DNA of 30,978 nt from a virus. Lineage: Duplodnaviria > Caudoviricetes. The notes beneath the pieces are model-generated. The model ran no database searches, was not told the DNA's origin, and was given only the letters and a program-made list of their open reading frames with translations. Shown piece by piece: positions 6,937-16,531 of the stretch. Position numbers and translations under genes: made by a program. Within the stretch, counting starts at the first letter, position 1. Every line of letters begins with the position of its first letter. The DNA lies in IMG/VR virus record IMGVR_UViG_3300048856_000116, positions 1 through 30,978 of that record. One strand, written 5' to 3'.

Positions 6937-9900
6937 CAGCTGTTATCGCTCATGGAGATGTAGCCGCCGCCGTTGCCGTTGATGACCAGCTGGCCATTGG
7001 TCGACTGCAGGACGTTGAAGTAGGCGACGTTCAAGCGCACCACTCCGCCTGAAACGATCAGAGGCGCGACTGACGTTACCCCGTCAGTGACGATGAACCG
7101 GCTGGCGAGGTTGACGATCCGCCCTGTCCCGTCCGGCATCGCGTCCCAATAGGTCCCGGTCTCGACGAAGCCGGTGCCGGTCGAGGCGCGTGCGAGGATG
7201 GCAATGCGCGAACTCACCCCGCCGGGCGCAGCAACCGCCTGAAACCGGATTAGACCGGAAGCGAACGCCCCCGCGACCTCTGCGCTCACGCCAAGGATGG
7301 CCTCGGCATTGGCCGAGGTCTGCCCATTGAGAGTGCTCACCTGACCGCTCAGCGACGAGATGGAAGTGGCCTGCCCTGCATTGACGCCTTCGACCCCATC
7401 GATCCGGGCGTTGGCTGTCGTGACCGCGGAGGAAGTGGACGACAGGCCTGACTCTGTCGCTGCTACGCGGGTCGTCAGCGCCTGCGTCGCCAAGGCATTG
7501 CCGGCGACCCCTGTCTCGACGCTCGCCAGCCTTGCCTCCGCCCCGCTGATCCGAGACGCCGCCGCCTCGTCTCGCGACACGGAGGCGACATCGATCTGAA
7601 AGGTGCGAGCGTTGGCCAGGCGGATGGAGTTCATTGCGCCGGCGGTTCCTGCCGCAATGTCAGCCGCCAGCAGATCGAGGGAGGCGGTGAGTTCCGCCAG
7701 AGACCGCGAGGTCGTTGAGAGTCCGCCGGATATAGCGGTCCCCGTCTCGCTCTGCAGGACGTTGATCGCCGCGCTCTGAGCCGACAGGCCAGTCACCGGG
7801 TCGTCGATCGTCGTCTTCACGCCGTTGACCAACTCGGCCACGCTGGTGAGGCCCGTCTCCGTCGTGTCTACCCGCGAGGTGAGGACGCTCACCGCCAGCG
7901 ATGTTCCGCTCTGCTGCGTTTCGACGCTATCGACCCGCGCCTCGGTGCGGGTCAGGTCCTCGGCGAAGGCGGCGTCCGCAGCCTCGCGCACCGTCTGCTC
8001 ATGAATGACACGGGCACCGATCTCGATCGTATCGTTGTTCAGCCGATCGGTCGCGTTCTTGAAGAAGGTGGAGTTGATCGCGGTGGAGGTCGCCAGGCCT
8101 TCGATCAGCGCGCCGAGCCGGTCCGACGATTCCGAGAAAAATTGGAGGGCGCCGACGACATCGGCCTGGAACTGAGCGGCGGTAAACGCCAGGTCCTCCC
8201 CCAATGTGAAGACGGCGACCGGGTCCGCCCAGATGGTCGCGCGAGCGGGATCGGTGATGACGGTCGCATCGACGGAATAGGCGGTCAACGGCAGGACACC
8301 TTCGACCAGGATGGCAGCAACGGCCGGAAGTTGGATTACCTTCGAGATCGTGTTCGCCGGGTCGGACGTCTTCCAGTACCGGACCAGGACCGCATTGACC
8401 GTCAGATCCTCGATCGCATCCCACTGGACATCGATCGCTGGCATGACGCGGCCATTCTCGGCGGTCACGGCGCCGGGGAAGGCCACAAGCCCCTGAACGG
8501 TAGAGATGAAGAACGGCGGCGCCGGCACGACCCGGATCTGTCGTTCGGGGACGGTGACCGACGTGTCATAGATCCCGGCACCGACCTCGTCGAGCGTCAG
8601 CGTGACGTTGCGGGCTCCGTTCTCAGCCAAGGCACCGAGCTTGCGCCCCACGACCTGGAACGTCCTCGTGCCGTACCGGGCACTGGCGCGGGTGATCCAG
8701 TCGCCGAGCTCCAGCGTGACCCATCGCGGCCGCACGGTGATCGTCTCGCTCGCCTGGTAGCGGTTGCGGCGCAGCTGCGCTTCGGCGAGGTCGGACGCCT
8801 GCAATGCGTTGTCGACGGTCGAGAAGTTGAACGGCCGGGCATGGCGCTCGCGGTCGGCGGTCAGCGCAGTCGCCGAGACCCTAGGACCATAGGCCGTCGC
8901 ACTCCACAGATCATCCGGGCTGTTGAAGGTGCCATAGACTGAATTGACGAGTTCGGAGCGGGATCGCTTGGCCTGGAACTGCCACGGCGCGCCGATGATC
9001 AGGTCGTCATCGCTGATCGTCGCCACCACGGGCTGGTTCGCACCGACAATCGGGCGGTCCCCGTCGACCAGTTCGGCGAGGGCCGCCGAGGCTGCCTCGA
9101 AGATCGGCTCCAAATTGTCGCGATGGGTGACGCCGTCGCCCGTGTTGAACAGAGCACCGGCCCGGTATCGCCTGGCACGCGTCGGCGTCGTCTCATCGCA
9201 TACGTTCATCGCCGACATCCAGGGCGCCGCCGGCAGATCGCGCGACGGCATGCCCTTGCCGACAAGCAGCTGCCCGGAGACAAAGAATCCGCGCTCGTAG
9301 ACGTAGGACTGAACCATCGGGTTCTCGGAATATCCCCACGTCGACTGGTCGTCCCAGCGATGGGTGCCCGATCCGCCGGCTGTCGTATCCTTGCGAAGGT
9401 CGTAGAGCGGCGCCCCGCGGAACTCGAAGAGCAGCGTCGGAACCGACGCCATCTCCTCATCCTTGAAGCGATAGTTCGCCACGACAAAAGCCGTGCCGCG
9501 GCCGACATGGGCGGCGGTCCAGCGTCCGCCTGGATTGGACGAGCCGACAAGCCCGTGCTCGCCGAATTCCGCCGCCTGCAGTTCGGTGTGACGCCCGTCA
9601 TAGACGCGGATGCGCAGCACGTCGTTATTGTCAGGAAAGCCTAAGACCAGCGCGCCCCGCGCTTCCGTGTCGGCCCCGTTGATCGCGCGCCACTCGCCAT
9701 TGACGGCGACGCGGGTCAGGCCGGTGATCGGGAAGTCGGAGAGGACGAACACCTTCTGCAGGTACTTGTTCGATTCCCCATAGGTGTTGCTGTAGACGTC
9801 ATGGCCGGCAATGGCGACGAGCCCGACCGCAATCTCCCGCGGCATGTCCGCCCCGTACTGGACGTCGAGCTTCGTGCCACCGACGGCCTTCTCGGGCTTC

Positions 9901-10022
9901 TTGGCGAAGAGGGTGCTGGCGAGCGACAGGCCGATGCCGACGATGGCATTGACGATGAACCCGCCAATGGCGGTCGACGCGAACGCCGAGACGGCCGCGA
10001 TGACGGGAGCAAGAAATGCCAT
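6936..10022 (-). CDS. Tail tip / central fibre (host-specificity J-like) protein
   Basis: 1028 aa; YDLRKD...GGSGTHRWDD..TW.YSENP tail motif, FN3-like segment, long Ala/Ser/Thr coiled coil, C-terminal beta domain. Confidence 0.88.
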   Translation of the reverse strand: MAFLAPVIAAVSAFASTAIGGFIVNAIVGIGLSLASTLFAKKPEKAVGGTKLDVQYGADMPREIAVGLVAIAGHDVYSNTYGESNKYLQKVFVLSDFPITGLTRVAVNGEWRAINGADTEARGALVLGFPDNNDVLRIRVYDGRHTELQAAEFGEHGLVGSSNPGGRWTAAHVGRGTAFVVANYRFKDEEMASVPTLLFEFRGAPLYDLRKDTTAGGSGTHRWDDQSTWGYSENPMVQSYVYERGFFVSGQLLVGKGMPSRDLPAAPWMSAMNVCDETTPTRARRYRAGALFNTGDGVTHRDNLEPIFEAASAALAELVDGDRPIVGANQPVVATISDDDLIIGAPWQFQAKRSRSELVNSVYGTFNSPDDLWSATAYGPRVSATALTADRERHARPFNFSTVDNALQASDLAEAQLRRNRYQASETITVRPRWVTLELGDWITRASARYGTRTFQVVGRKLGALAENGARNVTLTLDEVGAGIYDTSVTVPERQIRVVPAPPFFISTVQGLVAFPGAVTAENGRVMPAIDVQWDAIEDLTVNAVLVRYWKTSDPANTISKVIQLPAVAAILVEGVLPLTAYSVDATVITDPARATIWADPVAVFTLGEDLAFTAAQFQADVVGALQFFSESSDRLGALIEGLATSTAINSTFFKNATDRLNNDTIEIGARVIHEQTVREAADAAFAEDLTRTEARVDSVETQQSGTSLAVSVLTSRVDTTETGLTSVAELVNGVKTTIDDPVTGLSAQSAAINVLQSETGTAISGGLSTTSRSLAELTASLDLLAADIAAGTAGAMNSIRLANARTFQIDVASVSRDEAAASRISGAEARLASVETGVAGNALATQALTTRVAATESGLSSTSSAVTTANARIDGVEGVNAGQATSISSLSGQVSTLNGQTSANAEAILGVSAEVAGAFASGLIRFQAVAAPGGVSSRIAILARASTGTGFVETGTYWDAMPDGTGRIVNLASRFIVTDGVTSVAPLIVSGGVVRLNVAYFNVLQSTNGQLVINGNGGGYISMSDNS

Positions 10023-10025
10023 GGA

Positions 10026-10430
10026 TCAGTCGACCTTGAAGGCTCGGGATACGGCGGTGATCGGCTCGTAGATGACGCCGTGCTCGGCCTTTGATGCGAA
10101 GCCGAAGGACGTGAAGATGCCGGCGGAAAGCACCCCTTCGCGCAGGATCACGCCAATGTCGCCGCGCTGCGCCAGCGATGGCGGGATCTCGGGCAGGAGC
10201 GAGGCAAACAGATCGCCGATATCGGCAAACCCGGTTCGCTTCAGCCGCTTCGCCGCCCCGGCCTCTGTCTTGAAGGTGCAGAACTGGCGCAGCGAGCTTT
10301 CGCCTCGCACCGCCTCGATCGCGTCGTCCGCCATGGCGAAGCAAGACGAACCGCCCCAGCTGAAGGGCTGCGTCGAATGCGCCTCGATGACGCGAACGAG
10401 CGCTGTTTCCCATCCGGCGACGCGGGTCAC
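10026..10430 (-). CDS. Tail-tip NlpC/P60-like (DUF6950-like) protein
   Basis: GTG start overlapping upstream TGA; PFSWGGSSCFAM and AQRGDIG motifs; position between hub gene and central fibre. Confidence 0.75.
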   Translation of the reverse strand: MTRVAGWETALVRVIEAHSTQPFSWGGSSCFAMADDAIEAVRGESSLRQFCTFKTEAGAAKRLKRTGFADIGDLFASLLPEIPPSLAQRGDIGVILREGVLSAGIFTSFGFASKAEHGVIYEPITAVSRAFKVD

Positions 10431-11002
10431 TTCGGTCGGTCCCGGCCCCAGAAAAGCTCCTGCTTTCCCGCGACCTCGGCGTGTTCGTAGAAGCGATCGG
10501 CGGCCCAGATCGACTGCTGGTCTGTCGTCGAGCGTAGCCGGTAGCCGGTCTTGGCATTGTCGAGCGCCCGGCTCTAGCATTGGACGACGAGGCCCGTCTC
10601 CTCACCGGAATCGTGCCGGATCGTATCGACATAGCCGCGGTAAACCGGCTCCACGATCAACAGGGCGCCGGTGTCCGGGTGGAGATAGGCGTCGAAGATC
10701 GTCACGGGCCGCTGGTGGTAGTCCTCCTGCTCGATGGTCGCGAGGACTGCCGGCGTCAATCCGTCGTCGGGCGCCTCGGCCAGGGTGATCGTCAGGCCCG
10801 ACGCCTCGAAGCCGAGGCTCCCGGAGATATCCTCCGCCTGGATCACCCCACCCGGCAGATACTCGAGGCCGGCATAGGTGAAGGGCCGCGACATCGTCGT
10901 GAAGCCGTAGATCCCCGTACCGAAGTCGAAGCGCATCAGGCCGCGGATGGAGGCGCGGCCCTCGTCGAGCAGCGCCAGAGTGGATTCGGGAAGCGTGATC
11001 AT
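10427..11002 (-). pseudogene. Tail-tip/hub protein (DUF2163/gpL-like) interrupted by in-frame TAG at 10574-10576
   Basis: Frame continues past TAG for 48 codons (SRALDNAKTGYRLRSTTDQQ...DRFYEH...LFWG) to TGA 10427, which overlaps the next GTG start. Confidence 0.8.
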
Positions 11003-11622
11003 GTCGCGCTCTCCACGAGTTGGAAGGCGGCGGAGAAGGCGACATCCTGCACCACCGTCTTGTCGAAGGACTTGGCGACGGGGCGCATGAGAAGACAGGC
11101 GCGGTCGAAGAATACCATCGCGCCCACGCCGATCGTTGAAGGTAGTCCTGGCTCGATCTCGATGGAACGGGTGGTGCCCGCGCCGGAAACGGCTGACACT
11201 CGCCCAAGAGCGCGACGGGCGCCGCTGAGAAAGCTGACATAGTCGCCAACGCCGAGCGCGAGCGCGGCCAAGACGCCGGTGACGCCGACCACGTTGCCGC
11301 CTGTGATCGAGGCGACCGTTCCCGCCTGCTGCGCCGGCCCATAGTCGAGCCGGTTGCCGCGGGGGCCGAGATAGCTGGGGCTCCGAAACAGGACCGTGCG
11401 CAGGCCGTCACGCAGCGAATCCCACCACGCCTCGACCACCCGCATCTCGTGCTCGTACATCGGGACGGTGGTCGGCTGCGCTATCCAGCATGGGTCCGCG
11501 TATTCGATAACGTTGGTCAGGCGGTTGCCTGACTGCGACTGCGACACGAACCGCATGAGCTTGAGCGGGTCGCCGATCCGGTACGGCACGTCCGGGAGGT
11601 CCCGAGGATAGGTGATCGCCAT
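10999..11622 (-). CDS. Distal tail protein (Dit-like)
   Basis: 207 aa directly after the tape measure gene; EAWWDSLRDG motif. Confidence 0.7.
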   Translation of the reverse strand: MAITYPRDLPDVPYRIGDPLKLMRFVSQSQSGNRLTNVIEYADPCWIAQPTTVPMYEHEMRVVEAWWDSLRDGLRTVLFRSPSYLGPRGNRLDYGPAQQAGTVASITGGNVVGVTGVLAALALGVGDYVSFLSGARRALGRVSAVSGAGTTRSIEIEPGLPSTIGVGAMVFFDRACLLMRPVAKSFDKTVVQDVAFSAAFQLVESAT

Positions 11623-13799
11623 CAGCGATAGCCCCGCCTCTGCGCTTCCCTGTTGGAAGTGACCGACCGAGCCAGGCTGTCCTTGTCGTAGCTGGCGATG
11701 GCGTCGCCGGTGACGCTCTTGACGAAGGGCAGGATGTTGCCCGACCCGTCGACATCCATGCCGAACGTCACATGCATTCGCCCTGCCCCGCCGCCGCCCA
11801 TGTCCTGCCCGGGCTTCGTCACGCTGACGGTCTCGTTTGGCGAGGCGCGGAAGGCGACGAGTTGGCTGTCGATGCCGCCCGATCCACCGACGCCGAAGCT
11901 GCCGCCGTTGGCGAACCCGAGAAGCTTTCCGATCCCGCCGAAGAGGCTACCCAGACCACCTCCACCGGAGGCGCCCGCCGTCCCGCCGCCGAAGATCGCC
12001 TTGAAAGCGTTGTCCATGAACATGTCGGCGAGACTGCCGAGGAGATCAGCCAGCACGTCCTTCACCTTCGTCGAACCGTCGATCAGCCCCTGAAACGAGC
12101 TGCTGATCGTGTGACCGATCTCCTCGCCGATATCGCCCAGCAGCGACATCTTCGTCTTCGTCTTGTCGAAGTTGTCCTGCGCCGCGGCGGTCGCGCGCAT
12201 GTAGGTGTCCCAGTCGATGGCGCCCGCCTGCAGGAGCTTGTTCAGCCGCTGCATCTCCATCTGCATCGCCTCAAGCGGCGTGCGGGTCGCCTCGAAGACC
12301 TGCTGCCCCTCATTCTTCATCCGCTCCAGCTCGGCCGCGGCAGCCTTGGCTTCCTTGCTGACCTTGCCTGCCGACCCGGCGTTGGCGTCGAAGCTGTTCG
12401 TGGCTTGATCGACGGCGGCTGCAGTGGTCGCGGCCGCCGTGCCAATGCCGGACATCGAGGATGCGATGTCGCCGATGTAGTCTCGGTTCATGTCGGCTTT
12501 AAAGGTGACCTCGGCCGAACCGAACGCGGCCCTCTCTTCCTTGGTCAGCGCACTTTTCACGTCCGACATATCTAGACCGGGCACGATCACGGTATCGCCC
12601 ATCTGCCACAAGGGCTTCTCGAGCTCGGCGGCTAGGCTATTGAAGGCCTGCTTCCCGATGGCACTAAAGAACGTTGGGAGGTTGCTCCACGCTTCCCGAA
12701 CGGCGTTGTACGCGCCAACGAATATCCCGATAATGGCGTTCGCTGCGGACTTGGTTATTGCAACCACATCGACGCCGATCGACTGCTTGATCTCGTCTCG
12801 GAAATGATACGCCGCAGTGATCGCTGCTGCGATACCGATGGCCAAGGCGCCGAGCGGGTTGGCTGCCACTGCGACGGAAACGGCACGGATCGCGCCGACC
12901 ACTCCAACGCTGATCGCGGTTACAACTGACCAGATCGAAGCGACGATGGCAGGGCTAAACATGAGCGCAAGCGAACCAGCTGCAACCGCCGCATCGGAAG
13001 CGATGGTCGGTAGGTAGCCGATCAGCGCGATCAATCCCCTAGCAGTTTCCACCAGAGCGTCGGAAACGACAACAAGGGCTGGCAACAGTGCCGCAGCAAG
13101 CGTCGTAGCAACACCGGCTCCGGCATAGCTGATGCGAGACAAATTGTCGTTGAAAGCTTCGGCGGCAACGCCGGTTTCTGCACTGAGGGTTAAGCCAAGC
13201 GCATCCGCCTCAGCGCGAGCCTCCCTCAACGCGGAAGATCCTCCGTTCAGAAGCGGAATAAGATCGGCGCCAGCCTTGCCGAACAGCTTCGTCGCAAGCG
13301 CGGTTTTCTGGACGCCGTTCGGCATGGCAGCAAACTTATCTGCCAAATTCTCAATGACGACAGACGAGGACTTCAGGCTGCCGTCGCTATTTTTGACCGC
13401 AATGCCGAGCCCCTTAAATGCGTCAGCCGCACCACCGCCCCCCTTCTTGGCGAACTCGGCCATGTTCTGCGACAGCTTGCGGACGCCCGTCTGCAGCCCT
13501 TCAAACGAGACGCCGGCCAGATCGGCCACATACTTCAGCTGTGACAGCTCGCCGATCGGAATGCCGATCTTCGTCGCGACCTTGCTGATGTCGTCGGCGT
13601 CATCGATCACGGATTTGACTGCAAGGCCGATGCCAGCAATCGCCCCAGCCGCCGCGGCTGCAACGCCGATGAAGGCTGTCTTCATCATCGAGCCAAGCCC
13701 CGACATTGACGACTTCGCGTCCTGCAGTCCTTTGTCGAACACTGCGCTGTCAATGCCGAGGTTGACGCGCAGTGCACCGATGACAGCGTTGCCGGCCAT
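11622..13799 (-). CDS. Tape measure protein
   Basis: 725 aa Ala/Gly-rich helical; IGALRVNLGIDS N-terminus; GFANGGSF.VGG.GG.DSQLVAFRASPNETV C-terminus. Confidence 0.93.
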   Translation of the reverse strand: MAGNAVIGALRVNLGIDSAVFDKGLQDAKSSMSGLGSMMKTAFIGVAAAAAGAIAGIGLAVKSVIDDADDISKVATKIGIPIGELSQLKYVADLAGVSFEGLQTGVRKLSQNMAEFAKKGGGGAADAFKGLGIAVKNSDGSLKSSSVVIENLADKFAAMPNGVQKTALATKLFGKAGADLIPLLNGGSSALREARAEADALGLTLSAETGVAAEAFNDNLSRISYAGAGVATTLAAALLPALVVVSDALVETARGLIALIGYLPTIASDAAVAAGSLALMFSPAIVASIWSVVTAISVGVVGAIRAVSVAVAANPLGALAIGIAAAITAAYHFRDEIKQSIGVDVVAITKSAANAIIGIFVGAYNAVREAWSNLPTFFSAIGKQAFNSLAAELEKPLWQMGDTVIVPGLDMSDVKSALTKEERAAFGSAEVTFKADMNRDYIGDIASSMSGIGTAAATTAAAVDQATNSFDANAGSAGKVSKEAKAAAAELERMKNEGQQVFEATRTPLEAMQMEMQRLNKLLQAGAIDWDTYMRATAAAQDNFDKTKTKMSLLGDIGEEIGHTISSSFQGLIDGSTKVKDVLADLLGSLADMFMDNAFKAIFGGGTAGASGGGGLGSLFGGIGKLLGFANGGSFGVGGSGGIDSQLVAFRASPNETVSVTKPGQDMGGGGAGRMHVTFGMDVDGSGNILPFVKSVTGDAIASYDKDSLARSVTSNREAQRRGYR

Positions 13800-13851
13800 G
13801 TGCTTTACCTCTTACGTGACGTGATGACGGCGAAGCCTGGGAGGCTGCACA

Positions 13852-14247
13852 ATGCGAATGACGATACTGGTTGCTGCAATGATGGCTTCGATCGCGCCAG
13901 CAAGCGCCGCCTGTAAGAACGATCTGATCGCTTTGGAAAGCTGGTCAATCAAGCCAGACGGTGACCAGTTCAACGAGCTTACGACGGTGCTGGTCTCCAA
14001 AGCCGCAAAACCGATCAGGATGATCGATGGGAAAGTCGGGTTCCGGGATGCTCTGGGCGAAATCATCTCGGCTTTTGCAATCGACAGAGACACAACCCTG
14101 CCTGCCGGAGAACCTGTCACTCAGGTTGGGCTTTGGGGCCAGAACACTTTCGAGCGGCTACTCAAACTGCGGCATGATGAAGTGCAGGTGGAAACCTGCG
14201 TTCGTGCTGTCCTGTACGAAGACGGCACGAAAGAGATCTTCAATTAG
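13852..14247 (+). CDS. Exported hypothetical protein (moron, antisense to tail operon)
   Basis: GGAGG RBS; signal peptide MRMTILVAAMMASIAPASA-A; two Cys (possible disulfide). Confidence 0.85.
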   Translation: MRMTILVAAMMASIAPASAACKNDLIALESWSIKPDGDQFNELTTVLVSKAAKPIRMIDGKVGFRDALGEIISAFAIDRDTTLPAGEPVTQVGLWGQNTFERLLKLRHDEVQVETCVRAVLYEDGTKEIFN

Positions 14248-14578
14248 AACTCCGGCTGAACGCCGCCGCCCACTGCTGAGCGACGGCGAGTTGCTTCTCC
14301 CAAGGCACCGGGCCCGGCGGGGTGCCTGACTTCTTCGCCTTCGGCATCACGTCCTTAAACTTCGGCATCTTCTTCACCCGCCCCAGCGTGGCGGTCATGT
14401 AGGCGAGCCACGCGCGGCTTTGCTGGTCGCGCCGGGAGACATCGGTTTTCACTTCGACGATGCCAAGGAAGGTCCTCGGCGTCTGCTGCCAGAAATCGAC
14501 TGAGGAAAGGCCGAACTCCCCGCACCAGGCGCTGTGCAGCTTCAGCCAGTCCCAGCCCGGCTCGCCTTCTTCGGAGGG
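14240..14578 (-). CDS. gpT-like portion of tail assembly chaperone, probably reached by -1 frameshift
   Basis: -1 frame reads GWDWLKLHSAWCGEFGLSSVDFWQQTPRTF...AWLAYMTATLGRVKKMP; no start codon in this frame before GTG 14452. Confidence 0.65.
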   Translation of the reverse strand, partial: PSEEGEPGWDWLKLHSAWCGEFGLSSVDFWQQTPRTFLGIVEVKTDVSRRDQQSRAWLAYMTATLGRVKKMPKFKDVMPKAKKSGTPPGPVPWEKQLAVAQQWAAAFSRSSN

Positions 14579-14901
14579 CGGGTGGTGCCGTTCGCAGCCT
14601 CCGCCGGCGGGAAGGACAGGGCGAATGCCTTCTGGATCAGCACGCCGGCCTCGGCCGGGCCGATGACGCTGATGATGTCGCCCGCCTCCATCTCCGTCAG
14701 ATCCGGATGACGCCGCGACAGGCCGACCCGAAACACCTTCCGCACGCTGCTGGCCTTCGTGCCGATCAACTCACCGATCGAGTTGATGTCTGCGTCGAAG
14801 GCATCCTCGAGTTCGCAGATCGCATTGAAGTCGAAGACCAGCGTGAATGTTTTGGCGTCGGCCTCGAATGAGACCTCGCCCTTGACCGGGTTCCCCATCA
14901 C
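14542..14901 (-). CDS. Tail assembly chaperone (gpG / GTA-gp10-like)
   Basis: GNPVKGEVSFEA..FTLVFDFNAICELED motif; follows the tail tube gene. Confidence 0.85.
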   Translation of the reverse strand: MMGNPVKGEVSFEADAKTFTLVFDFNAICELEDAFDADINSIGELIGTKASSVRKVFRVGLSRRHPDLTEMEAGDIISVIGPAEAGVLIQKAFALSFPPAEAANGTTRPPKKASRAGTG

Positions 14902-15329
14902 GGAACCGCAGTGCCCGTGACGGTCGAGCCGGTGACCTTGAAGGTCACAGTCGCCGTCATCTTATCGTCCGTCGGCACCGCCGGCTCGTAGCCCGTGAGC
15001 AGTCCCGAGAACGTCCAAGTGACGTCGTTCGGGAAGGTGATGCGGCAGGTCGCTCGCTTGCGAGTCGCGCGGACCGCCTGGATCTTCACGTCGGCGTCGC
15101 TGCCGGGAATGAAGTTCATCTCGAAGCTCGCCTCGCCCGGATCGTTCAGGCCGATGATGAACTCGCGGTCGCCGTTGGGGCTCTGCGAATGGGTGGCATC
15201 GATCGTGTCGATCGCGCTCGACGGGGGGGTGATGTCGTAGACCTCAGCAATCTGCACGAAGTCGACATCGCCGTCGGCCTTGATCTCGAAAAGCGAGCCA
15301 TAGCCAATGCTGGCTTCGGTTTCAGCCAT
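14898..15329 (-). CDS. Major tail (tube) protein
   Basis: IDATHSQSP..REFIIGL.DPGE.SFEMNF, MTATVTFKVTG. Confidence 0.92.
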   Translation of the reverse strand: MAETEASIGYGSLFEIKADGDVDFVQIAEVYDITPPSSAIDTIDATHSQSPNGDREFIIGLNDPGEASFEMNFIPGSDADVKIQAVRATRKRATCRITFPNDVTWTFSGLLTGYEPAVPTDDKMTATVTFKVTGSTVTGTAVP

Positions 15330-15330
15330 G

Positions 15331-15726
15331 TCAGTTCTCCTGATAATGAAGGAAGATATCGATGCTCACGCGGTAGAAGTCCTCGCCGCCCGAGCCCTGC
15401 TCGAACGACTGCCGTTCGCTGGCAAGGAACGTGCCCTGCACCTGCGCCGCGCCCATGGGCCCGCGGTATCCATTGAGGAGCGTGCGGATCTCCCGCGAGA
15501 CTGCGAGCGAGGCGGAGTAGTCCTTCGCCCAGCAGTCGACCTGCACCCTCGTTGCGACGAGGCCGGACGCGCCACGCCCATGATAATCGCGGTCGACGCT
15601 GACGACGGTGAGAACCACCGACGGTGTCGGTGATCCGGCAACCCGGCTGGCCCAATCGATGCGATTACCGACAAGCGCCGTTAGCCCGGCAGAGGCCAGG
15701 AGAAAGGCAACCAGACCCTCTTCCAT
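15331..15726 (-). CDS. Tail terminator/completion protein (DUF3168)
   Basis: LTALVGNRI, RVQVDCWA motifs and position. Confidence 0.85.
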   Translation of the reverse strand: MEEGLVAFLLASAGLTALVGNRIDWASRVAGSPTPSVVLTVVSVDRDYHGRGASGLVATRVQVDCWAKDYSASLAVSREIRTLLNGYRGPMGAAQVQGTFLASERQSFEQGSGGEDFYRVSIDIFLHYQEN

Positions 15727-15728
15727 GA

Positions 15729-16190
15729 TCAGCCTCTCGACGCCTTGGCGGCTTTGCGCGCGAGGCGCTTGGCCGCCTTCTCTATCTCGGTCCAGAGCTC
15801 GGTCTTGATCGTCTCGAGCACATGGTCCTTGCCGCCGTCCCAGGCGGGGCGAAGTGCCGGATTAGGAGCGACGTCGGGCGTGCCGAATTCTTCGGTGATC
15901 GCCTGTGTCAGGCCGCCGGCGCCAACGAACATCTCGACGGCTGCCTTGTCGCCCTTGAACATCTTCCGGTGCACCGAGCGCTGGCGCTTCGTCAGCTTCG
16001 TGCCGACGCCGATGCTGTCGCGCAGAGCGCCCTCGTCGACACGCACTTTCGAACGGAACTCGTCGGCGATCGGCTGCGCCGCCGTCTTCAGGGTTCGGCG
16101 AAGTGCCGCCTTCCCCGCGGCCTTCGGCAAATCCTTCAACGCGGCCTCAAGCTCGCGCAGTCCGTCAACGGTAACCGTCTCCCGGGCCAT
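15729..16190 (-). CDS. HK97 gp10-like tail component
   Basis: VDGLRELEAAL, GALRDSI, EFGT...P.LRPAWD. Confidence 0.88.
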   Translation of the reverse strand: MARETVTVDGLRELEAALKDLPKAAGKAALRRTLKTAAQPIADEFRSKVRVDEGALRDSIGVGTKLTKRQRSVHRKMFKGDKAAVEMFVGAGGLTQAITEEFGTPDVAPNPALRPAWDGGKDHVLETIKTELWTEIEKAAKRLARKAAKASRG

Positions 16191-16531
16191 CAGAGACGCT
16201 CCGCCCGAGCCGCCGCCGTGATCTCTAACCCTTCGCGGCGGCCAATTTCCTTCACCGCGTTGATGTCGTAGTTCCGGCCGTCGAAGAGGATCCGGGCCTT
16301 CGGGTCGAGGCCGGCCACCTGCGACGAGAAGCGGATGCGAAACCGGGTAGTCACTTCGGCGCTCACCTGCTGCGCCGCCCATCGCTCGCCGTCACGAATG
16401 TCTTCCTTCGACGCCCAGACCGTGACCGACTGCTCGGAATAGATCGGCTTGTTGAAAGCGTCGCGGCCCGTCTCGACATCGCGGACGATGGTGATGCGCC
16501 GGTCGAGCTTGCCCGCGGCCAGCGGCTTCAT
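16190..16531 (-). CDS. Head closure / head-tail adaptor
   Basis: AGKLDRRITI, TVWA, RFRIR, GRREGLEITA. Confidence 0.9.
   Translation of the reverse strand: MKPLAAGKLDRRITIVRDVETGRDAFNKPIYSEQSVTVWASKEDIRDGERWAAQQVSAEVTTRFRIRFSSQVAGLDPKARILFDGRNYDINAVKEIGRREGLEITAAARAERL

Noticed and set aside
10574-10576. Genome-wide TAG recoding
   Set aside because: Only one internal TAG seen; other genes end normally at TAG; no suppressor tRNA in the window
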